Part shown: positions 29,302 to 38,461 of the stretch, piece by piece | How positions within the stretch are numbered: position 1 is the first letter of the stretch | Layout: the number at the start of each line of letters is the position of its first letter | From: an uncultured Candidatus Saccharibacteria bacterium | GTDB lineage: Bacteria; Patescibacteriota; Minisyncoccia; SW-4-49-11 | Assembly (NCBI GenBank): GCA_964633865.1 | Contig: CAZWIJ010000004.1 | Location: 35,543-99,542, forward strand | Direction of reading: 5' to 3' | DNA length: 64,000 bases | Program-made: the position numbers and the translations under genes | The notes under the pieces: generated by a model | Databases searched by the model: none | What the model saw: the letters and a program-made list of their open reading frames with translations, nothing else | Told to the model about the DNA's origin: nothing

Positions 29302-29328
29302 AAAAAGAACAGATTTCTCTGCTCTTTT
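29302..29328 (-). terminator. Probable terminator downstream of the giant pilin genes
   Basis: AAAAAGAACAGA-tttc-TCTGCTCTTTT hairpin. Confidence 0.55.
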
Positions 29329-29500
29329 CTTTTACTAGAATATCAGCTCATCATCTTCCAATGTTTGTTCACTACTTAATTCTTTTGGAATTTGGTCTAT
29401 CTCTTATTTATATACTATTGTTTAAATTCATATTCTAATGCTCTTGGTATTTTTCTATTATTATATATTTTCTCACATTTTTGATACTTTATTTATTAAA

Positions 29501-31876
29501 TTATGGTGCTGGACATGTTCCCCATAATGGCTGAATAGAATTAAATGCACCAAAAGACCATGGATTTGTTATATTATTTACACACCATCCACTTAAATCT
29601 TGAGTAAAATTATCTGCACCATTAAACATCCCATCCATATTAATTACATTTGATACATTCCAATTTCCTATTGGCTGATTAAAAGAGGTTAAATCTGTAG
29701 GGTAACCGTTTACATACAAATTTTCCCAAAGATAATCAAACATCCAGCTCATATCTGTTACACTAGATGTATTCCAACCACCTATCGGCTGGTTAAATGC
29801 TAAGGCATTACTAAACATTGAGCTCATATCTGTTACATTACTTACATCCCAACTACCTATAGACTGATTAAATACCAAGGCATAAGTGAACATTCCATCC
29901 ATATTAGTAACACTTGCTGTGTTCCAATTCCCTATTGGCTGATTAAATGATATTGCGCTATCAAACATAGATCTCATATTCGTAACACTTGATGTATTCC
30001 AATTCCCTATTGGCTGATTAAAGGCTTTTGCATTACTAAACATACCACCATAAGAGAAACTACCATCACCCCCCATATTTGTTACACTTGCTGTGTTCCA
30101 ATTTCCTATTGGCTGATTAAATACTAAGGCATTACCAAACATACCACTCATATCTGTTACACTACTTACATCAAAACTTCCTATTGGTTGATTAAAGGCT
30201 GTTGCAGAATTAAACATATTTTCCATATTTGTAACACTTGATGTATTCCAATTTTCTATTGGCTGATTAAAGGCTTCAGCAGAAGCAAAGACCCTTGACA
30301 TATTAGTTACACTTGATGTATTCCAATTATTTATATTTGAATTAAATAATATTGCACTAATAAACATACCCTCCATATCTGTTACTTGACTCATTCTTGG
30401 AATATCTGTACTACTTATATATTCCATGGCACTAGCTCCTGCAAATGCATAACGAAAGCTCTTAAATTCTATTGTTCCCCATTGTTCTACTCCTTTTAAA
30501 GCTCCTTTTGATCTACTCCATGCATAGCTCGAATAATCCCAATAATCACTTGTATATGTCAATCCTGGAAAATTTCCTACTATTGAGATAAAGGTATTTG
30601 GTGGGGGAGATATATATTCTCTAGTTAAAGTCATACTATCTCCTGCATTCTTGGTTATTCTTTGTGTATTACCTGGATCTAGACTATCATCTCCCCATCT
30701 TATTATAAAATCATATTCATATTCATCGTACAATCTGATATCCAAAAATCCTCCATTATAGCCTGCTATCTCCAATCCATCCCATTTTGTAATGAAAGCT
30801 CTATGGGTTTTTGTTGTTATATTACTTGGATTACTTGTTTCTACTATCTCTATATTTATATCTGGTAATGGATCATATATATTTGTTGTGACTGTATCAT
30901 AATTTGGATTAAATCCTATATTACAAGCTTGGCTACTTGTATTTCCTAGTATCTCATAATTACATGTATAGTTCTCTGGGTTTGTTATATTAGGGCGAAT
31001 TGTTCCATCAGGATTTATTATTATCTCTTGTTGTACTACTACACCTCCTCCACCAGAACCAACTACCACTCCACTTCCAACAGGTACACCTGCTATTACA
31101 CTGACATCTCCTAATATTATCTTTGCTATTATCTCTTGCCCCACATCTCCTGCTTGTATTGGATAGGTTGTTCCTCTTCCTACTTCTATCTCTACTCCAT
31201 TGGTATCTACTCTATACCATACTATTTCCCATTCTGTCAATACAAATCCAGCTGGGGTTAAGTTTGCTGTTAATGTATCTCCTTCATTTGTTCCTCCTGA
31301 TGAATCTATAGTAACTCCTAGTGTCATTGGGTTTAATGCTACTACATTACCCAACCCTGAATTCTTTGCTACTATACTTACTTTATTATTTGTTGTATTT
31401 ATTCCTACTAAATACCCTGTTCTGTCTTGGGGTGCCGCATTTGCTGTTTTATAGAATATGTTTTCTCCTATTCCAAACTGTAACCCTGAGTCTTTTGGTA
31501 TTTCTGCTACATAGGTTGGCACTAATACTCTTAAATCTATTAGACCATCTGTTGCACAATCTACTCCTTCATTTGCTAATATTGCATTACTATCTAACTT
31601 TCCTGTATTACATACTTCTCTATATGTTCCTTCTGTGAATCCTACTTGTGTTAATGCATCTGGATATTTACCTTCTGCTATATAATATTGCTCTATTGCT
31701 TTATTTAATTGATTTATTTCACTTGCTCTTTCTGCTTGTCTTACTTTTCCTATCTGTCTTAATGGATTTATAGCGACGATTACTATTCCCGCTAATATTC
31801 CTATTGCGGCGATAACTAATAATATCTCTAATAATGTGAAGCCTTTCTTTATATCTTTTTCAATTATTTTATTCAT
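29501..31876 (-). CDS. Giant type IV pilin-like adhesin with C-terminal DUF285/BspA-like repeats
   Basis: KKG|FTLLE prepilin motif, pilin head, Ig-like segment, then about 10 FNQPIGNWNTSSVTNMxxMF repeats. Confidence 0.88.
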   Translation of the reverse strand: MNKIIEKDIKKGFTLLEILLVIAAIGILAGIVIVAINPLRQIGKVRQAERASEINQLNKAIEQYYIAEGKYPDALTQVGFTEGTYREVCNTGKLDSNAILANEGVDCATDGLIDLRVLVPTYVAEIPKDSGLQFGIGENIFYKTANAAPQDRTGYLVGINTTNNKVSIVAKNSGLGNVVALNPMTLGVTIDSSGGTNEGDTLTANLTPAGFVLTEWEIVWYRVDTNGVEIEVGRGTTYPIQAGDVGQEIIAKIILGDVSVIAGVPVGSGVVVGSGGGGVVVQQEIIINPDGTIRPNITNPENYTCNYEILGNTSSQACNIGFNPNYDTVTTNIYDPLPDINIEIVETSNPSNITTKTHRAFITKWDGLEIAGYNGGFLDIRLYDEYEYDFIIRWGDDSLDPGNTQRITKNAGDSMTLTREYISPPPNTFISIVGNFPGLTYTSDYWDYSSYAWSRSKGALKGVEQWGTIEFKSFRYAFAGASAMEYISSTDIPRMSQVTDMEGMFISAILFNSNINNWNTSSVTNMSRVFASAEAFNQPIENWNTSSVTNMENMFNSATAFNQPIGSFDVSSVTDMSGMFGNALVFNQPIGNWNTASVTNMGGDGSFSYGGMFSNAKAFNQPIGNWNTSSVTNMRSMFDSAISFNQPIGNWNTASVTNMDGMFTYALVFNQSIGSWDVSNVTDMSSMFSNALAFNQPIGGWNTSSVTDMSWMFDYLWENLYVNGYPTDLTSFNQPIGNWNVSNVINMDGMFNGADNFTQDLSGWCVNNITNPWSFGAFNSIQPLWGTCPAP
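29580..30400 (-). repeat. About 10 tandem 75-bp (25-aa) DUF285-type repeats
   Basis: Recurring ctattggctgattaaa...aacact.g.tgt.ttccaa units; two units carry insertions. Confidence 0.9.
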
Positions 31877-31970
31877 ATATTTTTACTTATTCTTATATTT
31901 CTTTCTTGTTATTATATATTAGATTTTTATATAATATCCTTGTACTTTATTATATCATATTTTTTTCACT

Positions 31971-34832
31971 TTAAAAAACTATTCCTATCAAATAACCTGC
32001 TGCCTGTCCTTTATAATTTGTAAATGATCCTCCAAGCATAATCTTATTGTTATTTTGAATAGATGAAGTTAAAACTTGATTATTAAAGCCTGTTCCTATA
32101 TTAAAGCTATTATCTCGACTCCCATCACTGTTTAATCTTATTATTCTATTTGCAGCAGCTCCCTGATAGGTTGTGAAACTTCCTCCTATTATTAGTTTAC
32201 CGTCATTCTGAGTTGATATACTATAAACAATATTATTAAATCCTGTACCTATATTAAAACTATTATCTCGACTCCCATCACTATTTAATCTTATTATTCT
32301 ATTGACACCAACCCCTTGATAATTTGTGAAATCTCCTCCTACTATTACTTTTCCATCATTTTGAATTATTATACTTCTTACATTAGAACTAATACCTGTT
32401 CCTATATTAAAACTATTATCTCTACTTCCATCACTATTTAATCTGATGATTCTATTGGCAGTTATTCCTTGATAAGTTGTAAAACTTCCTCCTATTATCA
32501 CTTTTCCATCCCCCTGAATTCCTATAGAAAGAACTCCACCATTAAACCCTGTGCCTATATTAAAACTATTATCCCGACTTCCATTAATATTTAATCTTAT
32601 TATTCTATTGGCAGCTCCTCCCTGATAAGCTGTGAATCCTCCTCCTACTATCAACTTACCATCATTTTGTATAGATATAGAATTAACACTACCATTAAAT
32701 CCTGATAACAGATTAAAACTATTATCTCGACTCCCATCACTATTTAATCTTATTATTCTATTGACACCAACCCCTTGATAATTTGTGAAATCTCCCCCCA
32801 CTATTATCTTTCCATCGTTCTGAATATTTGTTATCAAAACATTATTATTAAATCCTGTTCCCACATTAAAACTATTGTCTCTACTTCCATTAGTATTCAA
32901 TCTCATTATTCTATTTATAGATTCTCCTTGATAGGTTATAAATTCCCCTCCTATTATTGTCTTCCCATCACTCTGACCTGTTATAGTTCTAACATTACCA
33001 TTAAGTCCTGGACCTAAATTAAGACTTGAATCTGTACTTCCATTTATATCAACTCTAATCATTCTGTTAGCAGTCAATCCTTGATAGGTTATGAAAGCTC
33101 CACCTATTATGAGTTTACTATCAGTCTGAATTAGTATAGTATTAACACTACTACTAAAACCTGTTCCTATATTAAAGCTATTATCTCGACTTCCATCACT
33201 GTTTAATCTGATGATTCTGTTTGCAGAAACTCCCTGATAGGTTGTGAAAGCTCCTCCTATAATTACTTTCCCATTGGTTGCTATATTTATACTTAATATA
33301 TTATTATTAAATCCTGTCCCTATATTGAAGCTATTATCCCGACTCCCATCACTATTTAATCTTACTATTCTGTTTAGAGTTACTCCCTGATAGGTTGTGA
33401 AACTTCCTCCTACTATAACCTTCCCATCACTTTGACTTGCTATACTATAAACAATATTATTAAATCCTATCCCTATATTGAAGCTATTATCCCGACTTCC
33501 ATCACTGTTTAATCTGATGATTCTGTTTGCAGAAACTCCCTGATAGGTTGTGAAATCTCCCCCTATTATTATTCTTCCATCACTCTGAATTGTTATACTC
33601 CTAATATTAGAACTAAAACCTGTACCTACATTAAAACTATTATCCCGACTTCCATCACTGTTTAATCTGATGATTCTGTTTGCAGAAACTCCCTGATAAG
33701 TTGTAAAACTTCCTCCTATTACCACCTTACCATCACTCTGAACACTTGAAGTAAGAATAATATTATTAAATCCTGTTCCTATATTAAAACTATTATCTCG
33801 ACTCCCATCACTATTTAGTCTTATTATTCTGTTAGCTACTACTCCCTGATAGCTTGTAAAACTTCCGCTTACTATAATCTTACCATCACTCTGAATTGAA
33901 TTGCTATAAACAATATTATTAAATCCTGTTCCCACATTAAAACTATCATCCCTACTCCCATCACTATTTAATCTTATTATTCTATTTGCACTAGCTCCTC
34001 GATAAGTTGTAAAATCGCCTACTACTATCATTTTTCCGTCACTCTGAGTTGAAATTACACGAACAATATTATCAAATCCAATAGGATCACTTATATCTAC
34101 ATTAAGATCTTTGTCACCTGAAGTTAATAGTATCGCATTCCCTCCACTATCCAGTGCTAAGGTTTTTTTTCCTAAAACTATTTTTGCTATTATCTCTTTA
34201 CCCTCATCTTCTGGCTTTACAGTATAACTCAATCCTTTACCTACCTCTGTTTCTACACCACCTGATACCGTATACCATATTATATCATCTTGATTTATAT
34301 CTAATCCAAAAGTTCCTAGTATTGCATTCAAAATATTCCCCACAACATTAACTCCACTTATCTCTAATGTTATATCCATTGGATTGATTGATATTAAATC
34401 TCCTAATTGAGCCTTATCTGCCCATAAACTTATTTTATTAGTAGCAGAATTAACCCCTATTTTATATCCTCCTTCTTTTGGATCTCTTGGTATTGATCCT
34501 ACATAATCTGGAACTAATAATCTTAAATCTACTTTACCAGTACAATCTATGATTCCATTTTCTGTTGTCTCATTTTTTGTATCACAAATTTCTAAATAAT
34601 TTCCGACTGGTATTCCAGATGGATACACCCCATTACTAATATAATATTGATCTAATGCTTTATGAATTGTGTTTATCCCAGACCATCTACTAGCATTATC
34701 TGCTTTCCCTAACTGTATAAAAGAATTAATAGCTACTACTGCGATTGAAACTATTAATCCTATTATTGCTACTGACAACATTATTTCAAACAAAGTGAAA
34801 CCTTTTTTATTTATTTTTATTAATTTCTTCAT
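31971..34832 (-). CDS. Giant type IV pilin-like adhesin with delta-60 (DUF5122-type) beta-propeller repeats
   Basis: KKG|FTLFE prepilin motif, pilin head, Ig-like segment, 14 repeats of QxDGKxxxGGxFTxYQG..NRIIRLNSDGSRDNSF. Confidence 0.88.
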   Translation of the reverse strand: MKKLIKINKKGFTLFEIMLSVAIIGLIVSIAVVAINSFIQLGKADNASRWSGINTIHKALDQYYISNGVYPSGIPVGNYLEICDTKNETTENGIIDCTGKVDLRLLVPDYVGSIPRDPKEGGYKIGVNSATNKISLWADKAQLGDLISINPMDITLEISGVNVVGNILNAILGTFGLDINQDDIIWYTVSGGVETEVGKGLSYTVKPEDEGKEIIAKIVLGKKTLALDSGGNAILLTSGDKDLNVDISDPIGFDNIVRVISTQSDGKMIVVGDFTTYRGASANRIIRLNSDGSRDDSFNVGTGFNNIVYSNSIQSDGKIIVSGSFTSYQGVVANRIIRLNSDGSRDNSFNIGTGFNNIILTSSVQSDGKVVIGGSFTTYQGVSANRIIRLNSDGSRDNSFNVGTGFSSNIRSITIQSDGRIIIGGDFTTYQGVSANRIIRLNSDGSRDNSFNIGIGFNNIVYSIASQSDGKVIVGGSFTTYQGVTLNRIVRLNSDGSRDNSFNIGTGFNNNILSINIATNGKVIIGGAFTTYQGVSANRIIRLNSDGSRDNSFNIGTGFSSSVNTILIQTDSKLIIGGAFITYQGLTANRMIRVDINGSTDSSLNLGPGLNGNVRTITGQSDGKTIIGGEFITYQGESINRIMRLNTNGSRDNSFNVGTGFNNNVLITNIQNDGKIIVGGDFTNYQGVGVNRIIRLNSDGSRDNSFNLLSGFNGSVNSISIQNDGKLIVGGGFTAYQGGAANRIIRLNINGSRDNSFNIGTGFNGGVLSIGIQGDGKVIIGGSFTTYQGITANRIIRLNSDGSRDNSFNIGTGISSNVRSIIIQNDGKVIVGGDFTNYQGVGVNRIIRLNSDGSRDNSFNIGTGFNNIVYSISTQNDGKLIIGGSFTTYQGAAANRIIRLNSDGSRDNSFNIGTGFNNQVLTSSIQNNNKIMLGGSFTNYKGQAAGYLIGIVF
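31974..34090 (-). repeat. 14 tandem 153-bp (51-aa) delta-60 repeats
   Basis: Near-identical nucleotide units such as ctattatc(t/c)cgact(c/t)ccatcact(a/g)tttaatct. Confidence 0.92.
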
Positions 34833-34868
34833 AATTATTGATTTCTTCTTATTGATATCTACTTCTAA

Positions 34869-35693
34869 TTATATCATATTTTTACTATCTTTCACTTGTG
34901 GATTATTTTTATATTGAAGGATAAGTTTTGTATATTCAAATGTTGCTGTATAAATTCTTTTTATTCTTCTAGGTTCTATAATTAATCTCCACAGCCATTC
35001 TAATCCTATTTTTTGAATTAAGATAGGTGCTCTTAATTTTTCGCCTATAAAAAAATCTAAAGTTCCACCAAAACAAAATATAATTGTTTTAGCTTTTTTA
35101 CCAACAAGATATTTTTTTAGATTATTAGCAAAAATTTCTTGCTTGGGTGGTGATAATGCTAATATTACAATTTCAGCTTTTGATTGATATATTTTTTCAA
35201 ATAATATTTTATCATTTTCTTTTATAATATCATAATACTGTCCTACCAAATTTATATTTTTATATTCATTCTCTATTTTTATTTTACTTTTATCAGAAAC
35301 TTCTTTAGTACCACCAACAAGGTATATACTTCTACTACTAGAATCTACTATCTTTAATATATCATAAAATAAATCTGATCCACTTATTTTTTCTGGAAAA
35401 ACTTGATATAACTCAGAATTTCTAGTAAGTATATAAAATAATGATTTTACAAAAGATATATTATTATTTAGATATAATCCTGCCCAAAGTATTCCCACCC
35501 CATCAGCAATAGAAATATCAGCTTCATCTAATGCTCTTTGAAATTTTCGGTTATTCTCTGCCATTACAATAAATTCAGAATAAGGTGTCACAACATAATA
35601 TACATAATCTTCATCTAACATTGATTTTAGATTATTAATTAAAACTTCTTTAGTAAAAGTTTGTATTCCAACTTTACCTACATATCTCTTCAT
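34869..35693 (-). CDS. WecB/TagA/CpsF glycosyltransferase
   Basis: IADGVG, ISGSDL, PKQE, GGTLDF, RAP...GLEWLWRL..EPRR. Confidence 0.93.
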   Translation of the reverse strand: MKRYVGKVGIQTFTKEVLINNLKSMLDEDYVYYVVTPYSEFIVMAENNRKFQRALDEADISIADGVGILWAGLYLNNNISFVKSLFYILTRNSELYQVFPEKISGSDLFYDILKIVDSSSRSIYLVGGTKEVSDKSKIKIENEYKNINLVGQYYDIIKENDKILFEKIYQSKAEIVILALSPPKQEIFANNLKKYLVGKKAKTIIFCFGGTLDFFIGEKLRAPILIQKIGLEWLWRLIIEPRRIKRIYTATFEYTKLILQYKNNPQVKDSKNMI

Positions 35694-35695
35694 AT

Positions 35696-36589
35696 TTATT
35701 TAAAATCACTTTTTATAGATAAAAATTCTGTTACATCTATATTGCTTAGATCTTTTTCAACCAAGGATATTTTATCTTTAAAAAATTTTTCATCAAAACT
35801 TGAAGTATTCTGATTTTGATATAAAATTCCTAATGGAAACTTCTCTCCTTCATCTATTTCTATAGATTTTATCAAGGCTTGTGTTTTATCTTGAGGATTA
35901 TAACCTATATCTTCCAAATTATAACTTTTAGTTGAATAAAAACTATAAGTATTTATGTAATTATAAGTAACACATGGCTGATAAGCATTTACAAAAGAAA
36001 AACCTTTATGTAAAATTCCTTGTTTGATCATTTGTGTCAGATGTTTAACATTACCTGCGAATCCAGAAGCTACAAATGTAGCATTAGCACTAATTGCTAA
36101 CATAGAAGGGTTAAGAGGATTCTCTACTATTTCATCTATACTCATACCTGATTTATAATCTGTATCTGAAGTAGAAGAATTTTGTCCTTTCGTAAGTCCA
36201 TATACTTGATTATTATGCAATAAAACTGTTATATCTATATTTCTTTTACAGGCATGTATAAAGTGTTGTAGACCTTCTGATAGCAATCCCCCGTCTCCAC
36301 CTATAACAATTACATTTAATTTATGATTAGCTAATTTAACTCCTTCTGCTATTGGAATAGATCTCCCATGTAGTCCATTGAAATGATTATATTCCAACCA
36401 ATAAGGCATTTTGCCAGAACAACCTACATCTCCTACTAAAACTATATCGTATTTAGGAATGTTTAATTCAGTAATTGCATTTTTAAGTGCAACCCAAATA
36501 CCAAAGTTTCCGCAACCAGGACACCAATTTGGTTTATCCTGTGTTGTATATTTAGCAATATTTTCTTCTTCTAATTTAGTATTATTCAT
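35696..36589 (-). CDS. 2-oxoacid:ferredoxin oxidoreductase beta subunit
   Basis: WCPGCGNF, GCSG, LHGR, GGDG, YGLTKGQ, QPCVTYN. Confidence 0.95.
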   Translation of the reverse strand: MNNTKLEEENIAKYTTQDKPNWCPGCGNFGIWVALKNAITELNIPKYDIVLVGDVGCSGKMPYWLEYNHFNGLHGRSIPIAEGVKLANHKLNVIVIGGDGGLLSEGLQHFIHACKRNIDITVLLHNNQVYGLTKGQNSSTSDTDYKSGMSIDEIVENPLNPSMLAISANATFVASGFAGNVKHLTQMIKQGILHKGFSFVNAYQPCVTYNYINTYSFYSTKSYNLEDIGYNPQDKTQALIKSIEIDEGEKFPLGILYQNQNTSSFDEKFFKDKISLVEKDLSNIDVTEFLSIKSDFK

Positions 36590-36597
36590 ATCTTTAT

Positions 36598-38352
36598 TTA
36601 AAGTAATTTTTTGTGTATAAATCTAACAATTTCTTCTGGGTAAAATGGTTCTCCATTATATTTCAATAAATGTTCATCAGCCAAGAATCCAATTTTCTCT
36701 TTCAGTAGTCCAGCAAACTGTCCTGTAAAATTATTCTCTACGATAACAACTTTATTTAAATTTTCTAAAATAGGTAATAATTTTTTTTCATCTAATGGAT
36801 ACACATATATAAAATGTATTACATTAATTGAAATCTCTTGTTCTTCTAGAATTCTACCTGCTTCAATACATACATTTTTATTTGATCCCCAACAAATGAT
36901 AGTTATATCTGTTTTATCTTTTCCATAAATAATAGGCTTTGGTATTTCTGGTAAGACAGATTTTTCTTTTGACATCCTCTTATTCATTTGTTCTATTCTA
37001 TTTTCAGGATCTTCACAAAGTTGACTTAATTGATTATGTTCATCTGAAGTTGACGCTGTGATTAATCCTACTATTCCTGGAAAAACTCTTGGAGAGACTC
37101 CATCCTTAGCTAATTCATACCTTCTATATTCATCTGCTCCTAATTCTTTAGCAGATTTTATAATAGAACCTCTTTCTAAAAAAACTTTATCGAATTCGAA
37201 ATCTTCAAATATCATTTTTGAATTAGATAAATATTCATCTGATAAAATAATAACTGGTAACTGATATTTATCTGCCAAATTAAAAGCTTTTTGTGTATGA
37301 TAAAAAGCTTCTTCCGAATCTCCTGGTGCTATTATTATCCGTGGGAATTCACCTTGAGATGAATGTAATACAAATCTTAAATCTGATTGCTCTGTTTTAG
37401 TTGGAAGACCTGTACTAGGCCCTCCTCTCATAGCATTTAGTACAACTAAAGGGGTTTCAGACATACCAGAAAATCCTATTGTTTCAGTCATTAAAGAGAA
37501 TCCTCCTCCTGAAGTCATTGTCATTGATCTTACCCCAGAATAAGAAGCTCCAATTGTCATATTAACAGCTGAGATTTCATCTTCAGCTTGGAGACATAAA
37601 ATATTATATTGTTTAGATAATTTATTTAATGATTCAAAAGTTGGAGTTGCAGGAGTCATAGGATAAGCTGAAACAAAACTCACACCTGATCTTATAGCCC
37701 CTAATGTAATTGCATCTGATCCAGTTAATAGAACATGTTGCATCTCTTTATTTATATTAGGATTGAATATCTTAGGAGTTTTAATATAATTATTTTTAAT
37801 ATAATTATATCCATTTTCCAAAGCTTGGAGATTATTTACGAAAATTTTTTCTGATTTCTTTTTATATTTTTTTGTTAATATATTATTCATAACAGATATA
37901 TCCATTTTTAAAACTGAGATTAAAGCACCTATACCAATAGTATTTATATAAAAATTAGTTTTTTCTATTTCTTTTGATAACAGAGATAAGGGTATTCCAA
38001 TTGGGTAAAATTTTTGTTTAAAATTAGGCTTTGGTAAAAAACTTTCTTTTATTATTCCACTATCATAAATAAGAATGCTATTAATAACTAAATCTTTTTT
38101 ATGAATTTCAATAGAATCCTTATCTAAAGCTATAAGTATATTAATTTTTTTATCTGCATTTTTAATTCTTTCTTCAGACACTCTAATCATGGAAGAATTA
38201 GGACCTCCTTTTATTAAGCTAGCATAGTCTTTCCAATTAAAAGTATATAAACCTAAATTATAAAAATATTCTTCAATAATGGATCCCATACTCAAAACTC
38301 CTTGTCCAGCTTTTCCAGCTACGGTAATCTGGATTTGATTTTTTATTTGCAT
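36598..38352 (-). CDS. 2-oxoacid:ferredoxin oxidoreductase alpha subunit
   Basis: GKAGQGV, YPMTPAT, QAEDEI, TSGGGFSLM, RGGPSTGLPT. Confidence 0.95.
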   Translation of the reverse strand: MQIKNQIQITVAGKAGQGVLSMGSIIEEYFYNLGLYTFNWKDYASLIKGGPNSSMIRVSEERIKNADKKINILIALDKDSIEIHKKDLVINSILIYDSGIIKESFLPKPNFKQKFYPIGIPLSLLSKEIEKTNFYINTIGIGALISVLKMDISVMNNILTKKYKKKSEKIFVNNLQALENGYNYIKNNYIKTPKIFNPNINKEMQHVLLTGSDAITLGAIRSGVSFVSAYPMTPATPTFESLNKLSKQYNILCLQAEDEISAVNMTIGASYSGVRSMTMTSGGGFSLMTETIGFSGMSETPLVVLNAMRGGPSTGLPTKTEQSDLRFVLHSSQGEFPRIIIAPGDSEEAFYHTQKAFNLADKYQLPVIILSDEYLSNSKMIFEDFEFDKVFLERGSIIKSAKELGADEYRRYELAKDGVSPRVFPGIVGLITASTSDEHNQLSQLCEDPENRIEQMNKRMSKEKSVLPEIPKPIIYGKDKTDITIICWGSNKNVCIEAGRILEEQEISINVIHFIYVYPLDEKKLLPILENLNKVVIVENNFTGQFAGLLKEKIGFLADEHLLKYNGEPFYPEEIVRFIHKKLL

Positions 38353-38415
38353 AAATTTTTATTGTTAATAGTTTAATATCTATATTATACTATATTTATA
38401 TTATTTTTTCTACAT

Positions 38416-38449
38416 AAAAAAAGACAAGTTTTTACTCTTATCTTTTTTT
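38416..38449. terminator. Probable terminator downstream of 38462..40435
   Basis: AAAAAAAGACAAG...CTTATCTTTTTTT. Confidence 0.55.
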
Positions 38450-38461
38450 ATTAATTAATTT

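Noticed and set aside
29335-29480. Possible gene remnant on the minus strand (EIDQIPKELSSEQTLEDDELIF*)
   Set aside because: Only 22 codons, no start, in-frame stop upstream, no recognisable homology.
31974-34090. CRISPR-like array suggested by regular near-identical repeats
   Set aside because: The period is 153 bp, in frame within an ORF with synonymous variation. No unique spacers or cas genes.
29501-34832. Diversity-generating retroelement acting on the repeat-rich pilins
   Set aside because: No reverse transcriptase or non-coding template repeat in the window, and repeat differences are not obviously restricted to adenines.
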